This document shows, in pieces, positions 62,714 through 64,000 of a stretch of 64,000 nucleotides of DNA; the stretch's first letter is position 1, and every line of letters begins with the position of its first letter. The translations under genes and the position numbers were made by a program. Below the pieces are notes generated by a model. It had not been told where the DNA came from. It saw only the letters and a program-made list of their open reading frames with translations, and did no database searches. The DNA is from a virus (lineage: Duplodnaviria > Caudoviricetes): IMG/VR virus record IMGVR_UViG_3300013121_000033, positions 1-64,000 of that record; one strand, 5' to 3'.

Positions 62714-64000
62714 GGTGCAACTCCGGGGGCTGCGGCGGGTGCGCCGGTGCCGATGATGTTGGTGTTCATCCAGTCGATGAGGGCTTGGGCTTCGGGACCG
62801 AAGTCGGACGTATCGCCGCCCAGGGCGGCGGCTGCGAACGCCTCAGCGAACCCTTCCTGCGCGTTCTCGTTCGAGTAGAACGAGATGAACCGGCGCTTCA
62901 TCCGCGACAGACGATCTCCCGAGCCGCCCCAGGCGTTCTCCCATTCCGATGTGTACGCGGCGTGGTAGCGGTCCCACAGCCGTTTCCATTCGTCGGCGAG
63001 CGGGGTGCCGACCCACCCCACGTCGGAGATCGAGTCGTGGACGTAGTGGCCGGTTTCATGGGTGAGGACAGCGCGGCGGTCCGGGGTTTCGCTGCCTCGT
63101 AACCATCCGACGGTGGTGACGTCGCCGATATCGAACCGGTCCCCGCGGACGTTCACGGCGATCGGGTCGCCGCCGATCTCGCGACGCGAGTTCAACCACA
63201 CCGTCCCCGAGCCCTGCTGATAGTTGGCGGTCGCCGGTTCGTGCTCGGGATCGCGCCGGTAGCTGACGATGAGTCGCGGCTGGTCGATCCCGAGTCGAGC
63301 GAAAGCTTGTTGGACTCGATCGTTCGCCATCGCTTCACGCCAGTCGGACTCGACATCTGCGATGACAGCCGGGTCGAGTTCGCTGTCGATGATCGGTGGG
63401 CTTTCACGCCACCGCCGTTCGCGGCTCTTCCCTTCGAACCGTTGCCGCCACTTCTCGAACTCGCGGGCGATCACATCGGGGTCGCGACGGTAGAACGCGA
63501 GCGCCAACTGTTCGGTATCGGTCAGCTTGTAGCCGCGGGCTTCGCGCCACAGTGCGGTACCGATCAGGCCGTCGCGGCCCGACAGAGCGTTGCGTTCCTC
63601 GGGGGTCATCGCTTCGATCTCGGCGAGGCGTTCCGGCGGGTGGCTGTCGAGGAGCGATTGGACACGGACGAGCGCGACGGACTGTGCATCCGACGCGGGG
63701 CGGCCGCGGTCGGCCCACAGGTCGGTGCCGTCGGCGACGAGCTTCGCGACGTCGGCTTTCTTGAGGCGCTTTGCGGCAGGCGTCGTGCGGGGCGGGACGG
63801 GTGGCGGGTCGGGACGGAGGTTGAGGACACCGTCCCACGCGCCGACCCCGGACTTCATGATGTCGGGATGGATGGTCGCGACTTCGTAGGGGGTGATGTC
63901 GGACGCGTCGAGTGGTTCCCCGGCGTCGAACTTTGCTCGCACCTGTTCGACCCGGTCCGCCATGGCGTCGTCGCCCGCGGCGCGGAGGTGACGTCCGATT
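62710..64000 (-). CDS. Polyvalent protein, C-terminal part (end of a GNAT module plus zincin peptidase); 5' end outside the window
   Basis: MADR..AGEPL..D.TPYEVA matches the post-GNAT segment of the 2095-aa protein; HETGH..EGFAEAF. Confidence 0.8.
   Translation of the reverse strand, partial: IGRHLRAAGDDAMADRVEQVRAKFDAGEPLDASDITPYEVATIHPDIMKSGVGAWDGVLNLRPDPPPVPPRTTPAAKRLKKADVAKLVADGTDLWADRGRPASDAQSVALVRVQSLLDSHPPERLAEIEAMTPEERNALSGRDGLIGTALWREARGYKLTDTEQLALAFYRRDPDVIAREFEKWRQRFEGKSRERRWRESPPIIDSELDPAVIADVESDWREAMANDRVQQAFARLGIDQPRLIVSYRRDPEHEPATANYQQGSGTVWLNSRREIGGDPIAVNVRGDRFDIGDVTTVGWLRGSETPDRRAVLTHETGHYVHDSISDVGWVGTPLADEWKRLWDRYHAAYTSEWENAWGGSGDRLSRMKRRFISFYSNENAQEGFAEAFAAAALGGDTSDFGPEAQALIDWMNTNIIGTGAPAAAPGVAP

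Larger units (their letters stand above)
33800..64000. mobile_element. Second phage segment (phage 2): early genes (+) and hexamer/pentamer-type head module with polyvalent proteins (-)
   Basis: Second, unrelated capsid gene set; more T/G-ending codons; its own promoter motifs; continues beyond the window. Confidence 0.75.

Noticed and set aside
1-64000. DGR, retron or group II intron; tRNA/rRNA genes
   Set aside because: No reverse transcriptase motif, no TR/VR pair differing at adenines, and no cloverleaf recognised by eye. tRNAscan was not run.

Overview
High-GC (actinobacterial-type) phage DNA with no host housekeeping genes. The window holds two compositionally distinct phage segments. 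Segment 1 (~1-33.8 kb, very C-rich third codon positions) is a near-complete temperate HK97-type siphovirus in non-integrated gene order. It runs: HNH/terminase/portal/protease/capsid/tail/lysis; a large serine integrase; an accessory defence island (NYN RNase, ImmA/IrrE peptidase, RAMA protein + MT-A70 methyltransferase + BglII-family endonuclease); a CI/Cro switch; and early genes (three WhiB proteins, ParB-like protein, iteron-containing replication initiator). Segment 2 (~33.8-64 kb) has early genes on the + strand facing a - strand head module of the two-capsid-protein (hexamer + pentamer) actinophage type, with a glycosyltransferase, a 2H-phosphoesterase polyprotein and three giant polyvalent proteins (ART-like, GNAT, ParB, Zeta-kinase, zincin domains). 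Best leads: (1) four tandem RGATCY sites at 8-bp period directly upstream of the RAMA-MTase operon, a candidate methylation-read feedback switch; (2) a promoter-hairpin-terminator sRNA divergent from the NYN RNase, a candidate RNA-antitoxin defence module; (3) a recurring VTAA motif plus shared N-terminal modules on the capsid and cargo proteins of segment 2, a candidate capsid-packaging and protease-processing code for injected effectors. All functional calls come from motif recognition by eye; no database searches were run.
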